Origin: Myxococcota bacterium | GTDB lineage: Bacteria > Myxococcota_A > Polyangia > Nannocystales > Nannocystaceae | Direction of reading: 5' to 3' | Length of the DNA: 64,000 bases | Assembly (NCBI GenBank): GCA_039194325.1 | Contig: JBCCWC010000004.1 | Span: 170,172-234,171 of the forward strand | Shown: piece by piece, positions 9,589 to 20,575 of the stretch | Position numbering within the stretch: position 1 is the first letter of the stretch | How the letters are laid out: every line of letters begins with the position of its first letter | Notes under the pieces: generated by a model | The model's input: only the letters and a program-made list of their open reading frames with translations | Told to the model about the DNA's origin: nothing | The model's database searches: none | Position numbers and translations under genes: made by a program

Positions 9589-12500
9589 GACTGCGGCCCC
9601 ACGGGGAAGGACTCGAGCAGGGCCGCCCGAGCCCCCTCGGACAGCAGCGCGGCGCGGCGATCTTCGGGCAGGTCGAGGTGGTCGGTGACCCGGTCGAGCA
9701 CGGTGAACACCACCGCGCGGGGCGTTTGCTCGTGGTGGGCCTCGGCCTCGACCAGCCAGGGGCAGCTCGCATCCACGACGACCACCCGCGAGCCATGGAG
9801 CCCGGGGATCCGGGTACGGAGCCCGTCGAGATCGAGGGCGGCGATCTGACCGCTGACCCGGGAGACCACGCGCAGCGACCAGCGCTCGCGACGCTTACGC
9901 AGCATGTGGTTGAGCTCGTCGACCAGCGGGGTCGTCCACGAGCCACGTAGCCGCTCGTCCCAGGTGTCCAGGTCGATGGCCCCGAGTGCATCGGCGACCG
10001 TCTTGCCCTCGGGGCTCTGGGTGTCGAGCACGGCGGCTCCGGCTCGCGCGGCCCGCCGGGCCAGGCCCGAGCCTTCGTGAGTTCGGTAGAGTCGCCCCTT
10101 GGCGGCCAGCTCCCGCGCTCGGTGCAGGGAGATCGCCCGATCCTCTACCAGGGGTACGAGTGGCCGATACAGCAGCGCCGACATGGCGCCGAAGGCTCCT
10201 GGCTGCTGGAGCACCCCCTGGAGCAGTCGCGAGAGATCGGCGCTGTCGTCGAGCTTGAAGTGCCGGCGGGTCCGGCCCCCGACGAGCGAGGCGATCGCGG
10301 CCAGCAGCAGCGACAGCGACAGCAGCGGCCACAACCACGCGGGCCAGCGATCCTCGGGCGGCGCAGCCGCCGAAGCGGCGGTGGAGGCGGGGATCGTCGC
10401 GTCGCCCTTCGATGTCGCCGACTCCTTCGACACGGACGCGGGGGTCGGCGACGAGGACGCCGATTCCACGGGGGTCGAGGGCCCCGCCATGGGCTCGACC
10501 GCGGGGACGTCGTCCGAAGGGCCCTCGGCGGTCGGCACCGGCCCGGGCCGACCGGGCGCGACCGCGACCCGCTCGGATGGCGAGGATGGCGAGGACGGCG
10601 AGGCGGCGGATGACCGGACCCGCTCGCTGGCGTCGGCGATGTGCCACTGGCCCCGCTCGTCGCGGTACTCGACCCACGCGTGCAGCCAGGGGAGGGCCTT
10701 GCCGTCGACCCCGAGGTACCCGACCGCTAGTCGGGCCGGGACATCGGAGGCCTGCAAGAGGGCCACCAGCAGGCCGTTCTGGACGTCGCAATCGCCCTTG
10801 CCCAGCGCGAGGGTCCGCTGGATGAACCCTGTCCCTCGGGCCTGCTCTTCGGCGTGAAGGCGGGCCATCACCTCGGAGCGGTCGTAGGCCACGTTGTCCT
10901 TCACGAAGGCCAGCAGGTCGCCCACCTTGTCGTTGACCGAGAGCGGCGACAGACCGTGGGTCAGCGCTTGGAGGTCGCGGGACAGGCCCGGCACCACCCG
11001 GACCAAGGGGGCGGCCGTGGGATCGACGGACGGCGTGGTCTGGTAGCGCAGCAGGCCCTCGGTGCCTCGCCCCAGGTCGACGGCCGGGTGCCCGGCATCG
11101 GTCACGTGCAGAGCGAAGGTCTGTTCGTCGAGGAACACGCTGCCGCGCACGATGCGATGCCCGGTCGGCACGGGGAGGCGGACCGTTCCCTTGCCGCGGA
11201 TCGGCAGCGAGACGTCGAAGCACTCCCGCTCGCACGTGGCGCCGACGTACATCCCGGCCACGCGCACGCGGGCCGAGTGGTTGGGCGCCCCGTCGTCGAG
11301 CAGCTCCGGGAAGGTCAGGGCCGCGAAGTGTAGGCGGTCGTGGCTGGGCGAGTATCGCAGCCGCACCGACTCGACCGCCCCCGGAGCGAGCACGTCGACC
11401 CGGGGCCCGCGATAGCGACGGCCGAGATCCTCATAGATGCGATCGGAGGACGAGCCCGGCGTGACCCCGGTCACCGCGACCGAGCTCGACGATGATGCCG
11501 GATCGGAGTCGTCGGCGCCTCCGCTCCCCCACAGCCACAGCGACAGCAGCACCGCCGCCACCGCTCCGACCGCCGAGCCGGCCACCGTACGCCAGGCCAG
11601 CGAGTCACGCAGCCGGGTCCGCAGCTGCTCGATCGGCCGTCGATACCAGGCCACGGGTCGGGCGAACGACAGCTGCCGCTCTACGAGGCGCTCGAGCTCC
11701 CGCTGGGCCAGCTTGACCAGCCGAGCCAGCGCCCGCCCGTCGCGGGCGTCGGAGCGCGACAGCATCACCTCGAGGGCATTGCTCTCGAGCAGCGCGACCG
11801 GGGCCAGCCCGGCCGGCAGCTCGGGAAACTGCACCCGAATGCGCGCGGTGTGCCGCCCCGCCGGCGCGACCAGATCTTCGAGGCACGCCGCGGAGCGCAC
11901 CCGAAGGCCCCGACAAAACAGCTCGACCCGCGGCGCCCGTCCCAGCCCCACCACGCCGCGGACCGAGCGGCGACGAAACGAGGCGCTCGGAGCTTCGAGC
12001 CCGAACTCCGCGTTGGCCGATCGCCCGTTGATGGTGACGGGCAGGGGTTGGTCGACCGCGTCACGCCGATGGAGGTAGCGAGCGCTTTGCCACACAGCAT
12101 CGTAGATGCGGTGCTCGAGCCGCCCGTCGCCCTTGGGCTTTTCCAGCACGATCTCCGTGCCTGGCCGCGTGGGCGGCTCGAGGTGCTCGGCCCGCTCGAG
12201 CGCGCCATCCAGGCGAATCGTCCAGGGTTCCCCGTTGCGGGGATACGATCGGATGATGATGGCCTGGGGATCGAAGCGAAGGATCGACCAAAACCCCACC
12301 CCGAACTTGCCCGCCTGGTTCTTGCGATCCTCTTTGCTGGAGGCATAGAGCGCGAACAGATAGCGACGGGCATGCTCGAAGGTCATACCTTCGCCGTCGT
12401 CGTAGCAGGCGACCCACTCGACCGTACCTTCAGGCCGCTCCGACTCGCCTACGGTGAAGGTCACCCTGTTGGCGCCGGCATCGCGCGAGTTCTGCAGCAG

Positions 12501-12713
12501 CTCGCGTACGAAGATCCACGGGTCTGGCCCGTAGCGATCGGCTTCGAGCCGTGCTCGCTCACGAAACGCGCGGGACCTCTCGGCCGCGGCCTCACCCGGG
12601 CCATCGGTCACAGCGGCAAGCATAGCGCGCCCATCCCCACCGCCACCTGTCATCCCGGCCCTCGCACGTACGGTGGCCCCGCTGTGTTCCAATATACGGC
12701 CCCACACCGCCAT
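9585..12713 (-). CDS. GHKL (Hsp90-like) ATPase fused to a transglutaminase-like domain, with two TM helices
   Basis: RELLQNSRDAGA, DDGEGM, GKFGVGF, GTEIVL; hydrophobic helix; GDCDVQN...HAWVEY...WHIAD (Cys-His-Asp); second hydrophobic helix. Confidence 0.8.
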   Translation of the reverse strand: MAVWGRILEHSGATVRARAGMTGGGGDGRAMLAAVTDGPGEAAAERSRAFRERARLEADRYGPDPWIFVRELLQNSRDAGANRVTFTVGESERPEGTVEWVACYDDGEGMTFEHARRYLFALYASSKEDRKNQAGKFGVGFWSILRFDPQAIIIRSYPRNGEPWTIRLDGALERAEHLEPPTRPGTEIVLEKPKGDGRLEHRIYDAVWQSARYLHRRDAVDQPLPVTINGRSANAEFGLEAPSASFRRRSVRGVVGLGRAPRVELFCRGLRVRSAACLEDLVAPAGRHTARIRVQFPELPAGLAPVALLESNALEVMLSRSDARDGRALARLVKLAQRELERLVERQLSFARPVAWYRRPIEQLRTRLRDSLAWRTVAGSAVGAVAAVLLSLWLWGSGGADDSDPASSSSSVAVTGVTPGSSSDRIYEDLGRRYRGPRVDVLAPGAVESVRLRYSPSHDRLHFAALTFPELLDDGAPNHSARVRVAGMYVGATCERECFDVSLPIRGKGTVRLPVPTGHRIVRGSVFLDEQTFALHVTDAGHPAVDLGRGTEGLLRYQTTPSVDPTAAPLVRVVPGLSRDLQALTHGLSPLSVNDKVGDLLAFVKDNVAYDRSEVMARLHAEEQARGTGFIQRTLALGKGDCDVQNGLLVALLQASDVPARLAVGYLGVDGKALPWLHAWVEYRDERGQWHIADASERVRSSAASPSSPSSPSERVAVAPGRPGPVPTAEGPSDDVPAVEPMAGPSTPVESASSSPTPASVSKESATSKGDATIPASTAASAAAPPEDRWPAWLWPLLSLSLLLAAIASLVGGRTRRHFKLDDSADLSRLLQGVLQQPGAFGAMSALLYRPLVPLVEDRAISLHRARELAAKGRLYRTHEGSGLARRAARAGAAVLDTQSPEGKTVADALGAIDLDTWDERLRGSWTTPLVDELNHMLRKRRERWSLRVVSRVSGQIAALDLDGLRTRIPGLHGSRVVVVDASCPWLVEAEAHHEQTPRAVVFTVLDRVTDHLDLPEDRRAALLSEGARAALLESFPVGPQS

Positions 12714-12789
12714 TTAGTCTCGCTCGATTGGTCCGCGGCTTGCTCTGGATTTGGCCTCGCCGGTGGGAGCTCGTCTATGGTTGGGACTC

Positions 12790-13404
12790 ATGCCGCGGCT
12801 TTGCGCGCCATTGCTCCCCGTCATCTTTGGGACCATCTGTGCCATCTCGGCCTGCGGCGACGACAGCGTCCCCTCACCGGGCGACACGCCACCGCCTCCG
12901 GCCACGACGGGCTCCGCCAGCACCACGGGCGCCTCCGGCACCTCCAGCACCTCCACCGGGTCGGAGAGCACCGTTGGCAATACAATGTGCTACACGGCGC
13001 TCACCACCGGCACGGGAACCGCAGCCGACACGGGGACTACCACAGCCATCGCGGAATCCTCCTCAGGAGACCCAGGCCCATGCGGGGACGGGTATTGCGG
13101 GGCCAACTATGCTCCAGGCAGTCCCAAACCGCTGCCCAACGATTTCGAGTGTAGCGATTGCGTCCCGACCGAGGCAATCGATCGTTGGTGTAACGGGCCG
13201 CGCACCTGCTGTGACGACAACGCTATCTGCGACCCGAACGACGGGATCTGCCGTCTACCCAGCCCGCCGGCGGGGACCGACACGGGCACCACGATGGCCA
13301 CCGACTCCTCCGGCTCTAGTTCCAGCTCGGACTCGGGGACCAGCTCCAGCTCGGACTCGGGGACCAGCTCCAGCTCCGGCTCGGGCACTTCGGGCCCCAG
13401 CTAG
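12790..13404 (+). CDS. Ser/Thr-rich, Cys-rich lipoprotein
   Basis: Signal peptide with lipobox ISAC, S/T linkers, multi-Cys domain and SSSSSDSGT repeats. Confidence 0.65.
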   Translation: MPRLCAPLLPVIFGTICAISACGDDSVPSPGDTPPPPATTGSASTTGASGTSSTSTGSESTVGNTMCYTALTTGTGTAADTGTTTAIAESSSGDPGPCGDGYCGANYAPGSPKPLPNDFECSDCVPTEAIDRWCNGPRTCCDDNAICDPNDGICRLPSPPAGTDTGTTMATDSSGSSSSSDSGTSSSSDSGTSSSSGSGTSGPS

Positions 13405-13461
13405 ACGGGCTCGAGCCAGACGAGGTGCGTGGACCAGGTCAGGTGTTCGACTACAGTTCGA

Positions 13462-15273
<1,812 letters not shown>

Positions 15274-15540
15274 TGGCGGCGGGGAGGATAGCAGGCGAGC
15301 GCGGCATGGCGAAGACACACTCGATAGGCGCTATTACGCTCAGAATACGGACAGCCAACGGTCTTGGCGCTCCATTGGCGCTCCACGTGCGACCCACGTG
15401 CGACCCACGTGTAGGGAAACACCCTACTCCAAAATGGGACAGCCACTCATGGCCACCTACGATGTACGACAAGGTTGATGACCTCTTCGTCTGAATTTCT
15501 TCTCAGCGTTCCATCGTCAACGTTGGGAGCGATCGCCACG

Positions 15541-15635
15541 ACGAGGCGAAACGGGACGAGGCGAGTCGAGGCGAATCGACGCGGGACGAAGTGAGTCGGA
15601 ACGAGACGGAGCGAGTCAAAATGGGTCAAGTCGTG
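15541..15635. repeat. Degenerate 5-bp-period repeat (ACGAG/GCGAG/TCGAG-like)
   Basis: acgag gcgaa acggg acgag gcgag tcgag gcgaa tcgac gcggg acgaa... periodicity is visible directly. Confidence 0.6.
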
Positions 15636-16020
15636 GCTCGCGTTTTCTGAGGGTTCCCTGCACTACCCCCGCCATTAAGCGACTCACATACAATATGCTA
15701 CCGACTACTCAAACACGCAGTGAAGGAGACTCCCAATTGATTGAGTATGCTGGATTTCGCTCTGTACAGCAGGGCTTCATCCATTGTAGATCCGAGTCGA
15801 GTCACCAGGGAGGATCAGCAGGAGCAGATCATTGCGCGATACTACTCGACGACTATTGTGAAGACTCAATGGTCAGGCCGAGGTCCATTGCCCCTATGAG
15901 GCACCTTGCCCCCATCGACTCATCGACCCATCCGTGTCGACTAGCCATACGTGGGTGGATCTGCAAATATAAACTTACATAGGCTCTAGGTTTCACACAC
16001 CAGCGCAGGATACTACTCCA

Positions 16021-17187
16021 ATGCCAGAATCGTCAGGGATACCCTTACAGCCACTCGTCGGAAGCTCCGATCTCTACGCGGTGGCCATGCCCGTTCCCTT
16101 GCTCGATACCGGTGACATCCCCCAAAAGCGCAAGCGTCCTCGGAGCCAACAAAACCCGGCGGCAGAGTTCTTCAAACCACCGGCTCTTTACTGCCCGTTC
16201 TCGGCCAGCATCAATCCTCATACCGCTGAGGCCCATCGACGAACCGTGGCCTGGGGGCAGTCGCACGGACTGCTCAGCTCTGGCGTGATCGGCCAGCAGC
16301 AGGCCGACGAGCATCACACCGGATTGGTCGGTCGAACCTTTCCCCACACCTCGCACGAGCGGTTCCAGCTCCTGTGCGACTGGACGTGTTGGTTATTTTG
16401 GCACGACGACGTCTGTGACGAGACGACCCTGGGTCACCACCCCACCGGGCTGAGCCGACAGTTCGATCGGCTCTTCGGCATCCTCACCGACACGGCCCCC
16501 CCTCGCACCGACAACGCCTTCGACATGGCCCTGGTCGAGATGAGGGAGCGATTTCGGGCCCTGGCCCCCGATCAGGCTTGGTTCTATCGGTTCGTGACCA
16601 GCGTCCAGGATTACTTCCAGGGGTGTATCTGGGAGGCCCGTAATCGAGAATACCGCAAAGTCCCGAGCGTCGACGATTTCATCCCCTTGCGCCGCTGTGC
16701 GGGTGCAACTTGGATCTACTTGAACTTCGTGGAATTCGCGAACAATCAGGTCCTCCCCATCGAGATCCGCGAGAACCCGAACGTCAGGCGGTTGATGCAG
16801 ATTACCTGCGACATCGCATGCTGGCACAACGACCTCTACTCTCTGCCCAAAGAGCTACGCCAAGGCGACGTCCACAACCTGGTCACCGTGCTCCAGGCCG
16901 AGCTGCGCATTCCCCTCGAAGATGCCATCGAGAAGGCCGCTCAGTGGTGTGACGCCGAGGTCCGCGAGTTTCAGACCATCGTGGCCGAGTTCCCCCGGCT
17001 CGAGCCTTCGCTCGATTCCATCCTCCGGTCCTACGTGCTCAGCCTCGAGTCGGTGATGCGAGGCAACCTCGACTGGGCCCAAGAATCCAGCCGCTATAGG
17101 CCCCTGTCGCGATACGAGCTCGAGCAACGCAAGCTACCCGACGTCGTCATCGCTCAGGCCCGGCACCTCCCCGACATCGAGGGATGA
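16021..17187 (+). CDS. Class I terpene synthase (bacterial sesquiterpene-cyclase type)
   Basis: WHDDVCDE (DDxxD), PLRR (R sensor), WHNDLYSLPKE (NSE triad) and WAQESSRY (WxxxxxRY). Confidence 0.93.
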   Translation: MPESSGIPLQPLVGSSDLYAVAMPVPLLDTGDIPQKRKRPRSQQNPAAEFFKPPALYCPFSASINPHTAEAHRRTVAWGQSHGLLSSGVIGQQQADEHHTGLVGRTFPHTSHERFQLLCDWTCWLFWHDDVCDETTLGHHPTGLSRQFDRLFGILTDTAPPRTDNAFDMALVEMRERFRALAPDQAWFYRFVTSVQDYFQGCIWEARNREYRKVPSVDDFIPLRRCAGATWIYLNFVEFANNQVLPIEIRENPNVRRLMQITCDIACWHNDLYSLPKELRQGDVHNLVTVLQAELRIPLEDAIEKAAQWCDAEVREFQTIVAEFPRLEPSLDSILRSYVLSLESVMRGNLDWAQESSRYRPLSRYELEQRKLPDVVIAQARHLPDIEG

Positions 17188-17222
17188 TCGGCCCATCGAT
17201 GGTCGGGCACGAGCGCCACCGC

Positions 17223-17630
17223 TCATGCAAGCTTGTCGCTCTGCTCTTTGTCGTAGGCCAGGAGCCACTCATGGGCTTCTGCCTGAGTCGAGAAGTACTG
17301 GGAGACGTTCTTGTGCCTGTCACCCAGCAGTGACACGGCCGTCAGCACCAACTTGGCGATCATTCGCTGAGCGAAGCTCTGGCTGACGATCGCAATCGCG
17401 CGAGGGGGCAGACTTCCGAGCTTCTCGGCCGAGATCCTCCGCGACTCGGGCGAAGCGCCCTTGACGTCGCTCATGTCGACCTCGAGCAAGAAGTAGGGCT
17501 CGTCCTTGACGCGCTCCTCGATGGCGTCGAACACGGCGGTGGCCTCATCGGCCGTGAACTTGCCGTGGAGCCCAAGGTGGATGAAACGAGGCCCTAGTAC
17601 CTCGAAATCGGTCGTTTGCGGGGCACCCAT
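17223..17630 (-). CDS. STAS/SEC14 (SpoIIAA-like) small protein
   Basis: 135 aa; LLEVDMSD...SPESRR...AIAIV...F.TQAEAHEWL pattern typical of SpoIIAA-like proteins. Confidence 0.7.
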   Translation of the reverse strand: MGAPQTTDFEVLGPRFIHLGLHGKFTADEATAVFDAIEERVKDEPYFLLEVDMSDVKGASPESRRISAEKLGSLPPRAIAIVSQSFAQRMIAKLVLTAVSLLGDRHKNVSQYFSTQAEAHEWLLAYDKEQSDKLA

Positions 17631-18052
17631 TGCGCGATTCCGGACCTGGCGACCGAGGCTACCATAGAGCCCTGCCCGGAACCCTTTTCGCGGCGTTTCG
17701 CGGGCCCTTTGTGGGTGCTTGTGGGGCCCTCGCCGGAGCTCCTTGCCGGAGCTCTTGCCGGAGCCCTCTTTGGCGAAGGGTCTTGAGATCTCGACCGCCG
17801 GGGCCCGGAGCGTTCCGCGTGTCCCGGTAGGGAGAACAGCGTTCCCCTTCGAGCCTGCCGGGGCTCGCGACTCCCGCCCGTAGACCCCGGACCGGGGGTT
17901 CCCCCCAGCCGAGCGGCGGTCCTACGCCACCCGAGCCGCGGGATGTCGCGGATCTTGTCGCGGATCTTGTCGCGGATCTTGGCGTGTTGCCGACACACAT
18001 GGGCGAGGCTAAGGTTGGGCTCTCAAGGACGGACGGGCTCCAAGGACCATCG

Positions 18053-18469
18053 ATGAGCAGCCAACGAGGTGAATACCACTTCATGCCCCCACACAAAGGA
18101 CGGCTCAAGGTCATTGGCATGGTCGACGCCGAGCAGCTCTCGGGGGTCTGGGGAGCCGCGCTGGCCTCTGCCGAAGGCCTGCCGTTCTTCCTGCTAGAGG
18201 CCGACATCTCGGAGATGGACGGCCAGTCTCCCGATGCCCGTCGGGCCACCATCAAATACTTCCATTCCCTGCCCCCCTTTGCCATCGCGGTGGTCGCCAA
18301 GACCTTCGCGCAGCGAGCGATCGGCAAGCTGGTGATCAAGGCCAGCCGGCTCCTGGCGACCGACCAAGGCAACCTCGAGGCCTCGGACTTCTTCAAGAAC
18401 TCGGAACAGGCCAACGAGTGGCTCGATAGCCAGGTCGACATGCTCAAGGCCAAGGCGGGGGTCGACTAG
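18053..18469 (+). CDS. STAS/SEC14 (SpoIIAA-like) small protein, paralog of 17223-17630
   Basis: FLLEADISE...SPDARR...SLPPFAIAVV...FAQRAIGKLV...FKNSEQANEWL is collinear with the neighbouring paralog. Confidence 0.7.
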   Translation: MSSQRGEYHFMPPHKGRLKVIGMVDAEQLSGVWGAALASAEGLPFFLLEADISEMDGQSPDARRATIKYFHSLPPFAIAVVAKTFAQRAIGKLVIKASRLLATDQGNLEASDFFKNSEQANEWLDSQVDMLKAKAGVD

Positions 18470-18554
18470 AGGTCGATCCCCCGCGCTTCGCCCAAAAAGC
18501 CAGGGGGCTCGTGAACGCCCCCTACCAAAACCGACACGGCCCAACAGGGCCAGG

Positions 18555-19736
18555 CTACCCCATACGGTGCTTGGGGAGCTGCCCCGGCATCCCCACTCGT
18601 CGCAACTCCACAACGGGGTGACCGGGACTGAAGTAGGGGCGACACGACATCTGCCAGTTCCAGTAGCGACGGCAGAACGTCCGCAGGTAGTCGGTGTAGC
18701 TCCGCAGTACGTGTGGCTCGTCGGTGCCGAGTGACTCGATCTCGGCCAGCGCCGCCACCAGCAGCATGTACTCGTGCCGTAGCAACTCACAGGTCTCCCG
18801 CAGCGCCGCGAGCATCGCCTCGTCTCGGTCCATCGGCGGGCAATTCTGCTCATACAAGAACAGCGCGACATTGAGCGCGCCGCTGCGTTGATCGATCCAG
18901 ATGGAGGCGACGTCGTTGATGAGCGCGGTCAAGGTGCTCAGACGCTCGAGGGCCTCGGTATAGGTCGCCGAGCGCCGCGTAGTCTCCGACAGCTCGATGG
19001 GCCCGGACTCCAGCTCGGTCAGCAGCGTCTGCGCGATCATGCCCCCGTCTTCACACCGAGCGCGCATCGCGTCGTGCACCGAATCGAAGGTGTCGACCCG
19101 CCCCAGCACACCGATATTGCGCGAGAAGATGTACCGGAGCAGCTCCGAGGCGATCATCTGCACCCAGAACGTGGAGCACTGACCGCGGGCCCAGCAAAGG
19201 CTCGCCGTCGCATAGAAGCCCCGCTGCAGCGGATGGATGCCCTCCTCCAGGGACGGCATGTAGGCTTCGTCCCAGAACATCATCGCGTTTTCGAGCAGCA
19301 CCTGCCGGCAGTCGCTCGACGACACATTACCGGTGCACTTGTGGTCGAGAATCGCGTTGATGATCCACCACTCGACCGAGAGTCTACATAGCGCCCCGGC
19401 CACTTCCATGCTGGCCCGAGGGGCCGTGTGCTCGTAGATGCTGACCGCCTTGACGATGAGCGAACGGAGCGCATCAGCATCGACCAGCGAGTGATACTCA
19501 TCGAACAACTTGTCCTTGATGACCGCGTAGTCGACCTCCGGCTGGCCCTCCGACGGATCTTTGGCTCGCTCGAACAGGTCGCCGATCTCGTCCCGCAGCG
19601 ACAGTAGCGACTCCCACTCGGGCTTCACCTCCGGCGGCGGCGCCGGTCGAGCTCTCGGCGACCACTGGACACGAAGCGCCGCCAATTCAGCGGCGCCGGG
19701 CCACGACTCATCTACGATATATTCCCCTAAATTCAT
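18555..19736 (-). CDS. Terpene-synthase-like protein with degenerate motifs
   Basis: 393 aa helical protein. WWIINAILD at the DDxxD position, ARCEDGG at the R-sensor position, LINDVASIWID (NSE-like), LNVA and YWNWQMSCRPY (WxxxxxRY-like). Confidence 0.65.
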   Translation of the reverse strand: MNLGEYIVDESWPGAAELAALRVQWSPRARPAPPPEVKPEWESLLSLRDEIGDLFERAKDPSEGQPEVDYAVIKDKLFDEYHSLVDADALRSLIVKAVSIYEHTAPRASMEVAGALCRLSVEWWIINAILDHKCTGNVSSSDCRQVLLENAMMFWDEAYMPSLEEGIHPLQRGFYATASLCWARGQCSTFWVQMIASELLRYIFSRNIGVLGRVDTFDSVHDAMRARCEDGGMIAQTLLTELESGPIELSETTRRSATYTEALERLSTLTALINDVASIWIDQRSGALNVALFLYEQNCPPMDRDEAMLAALRETCELLRHEYMLLVAALAEIESLGTDEPHVLRSYTDYLRTFCRRYWNWQMSCRPYFSPGHPVVELRRVGMPGQLPKHRMG

Positions 19737-20575
19737 CCATCTCTTCCTTTACGGCATGGTACACATCGGATGAGTACGAGAACTCATGCAGTAAGCGGGC
19801 CTTTTCTCGGATCCACTATCCACGGGGCTCAAAATAATGGATTCACCGCAAATTATCGAAGTGTTGGGGTACCTGCGGACGGCATCGAGATGAGTCGCTC
19901 GACGATCTAATCGATGGTCGACTTTGGGGCACGCTACACATCGATACGAAAACCTTACTATCGCCGCCTCGGCGTCCTCTCTCCCGCATTGGCAAGGTTC
20001 GACCCACTGGACGGCCGTAGACCTACCCCCCACCACTGGGGATAACGTCGGCACCAGGATAGGGTCAACCGAAAACAGCACGCCACGAGGACTTTTCTCG
20101 TGTAATACGAAGAGTTCCCCTTACAGGTTTCGAGTCACTACTGTCCATTGTCTCTCAGTTCATGGTAGCGAATTAGCGCATTGGAGGGTCTAGCACATGA
20201 TCGCGCCCAAGCGACTACAATGAAAACAGCAGCTTGAACGAGTCTACCTGGTCGAACGCACCGTCCTAATCCGATCGCGCATAGAATCGCAGATCGACTC
20301 ATAGGTGGCAGAGTGAAAGACATGTAGTCGATTCTCAATTCCGTGAATGTAATGGTCGACGAATGGCCAATACCGCTCATCACGTGCCACCGATGGATCC
20401 ATCCCCCGACGTCGGTAGCCGACTCACTCGAGCCGAGCCTCTCCATCCACGACTTCCAAATTACTGCCACAACGAGACCCCACCGCATTGAGATCCACTG
20501 GGACTATCTTCCCCGTTGGGGCGAAACGCCACGGTCAGCACGGCGCTCACCGGAGGCTGATACCCTCGGCCGCGC

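Noticed and set aside
17733..17980. 12-bp mini-repeats between the two STAS genes as operators
   Set aside because: Similar short tandem repeats are scattered through many intergenic regions here, so there is no specific evidence for a regulatory role.
19749..20500. ORFs in the AT-richer spacer
   Set aside because: Short, mutually overlapping, atypical codon usage and no recognisable motifs.
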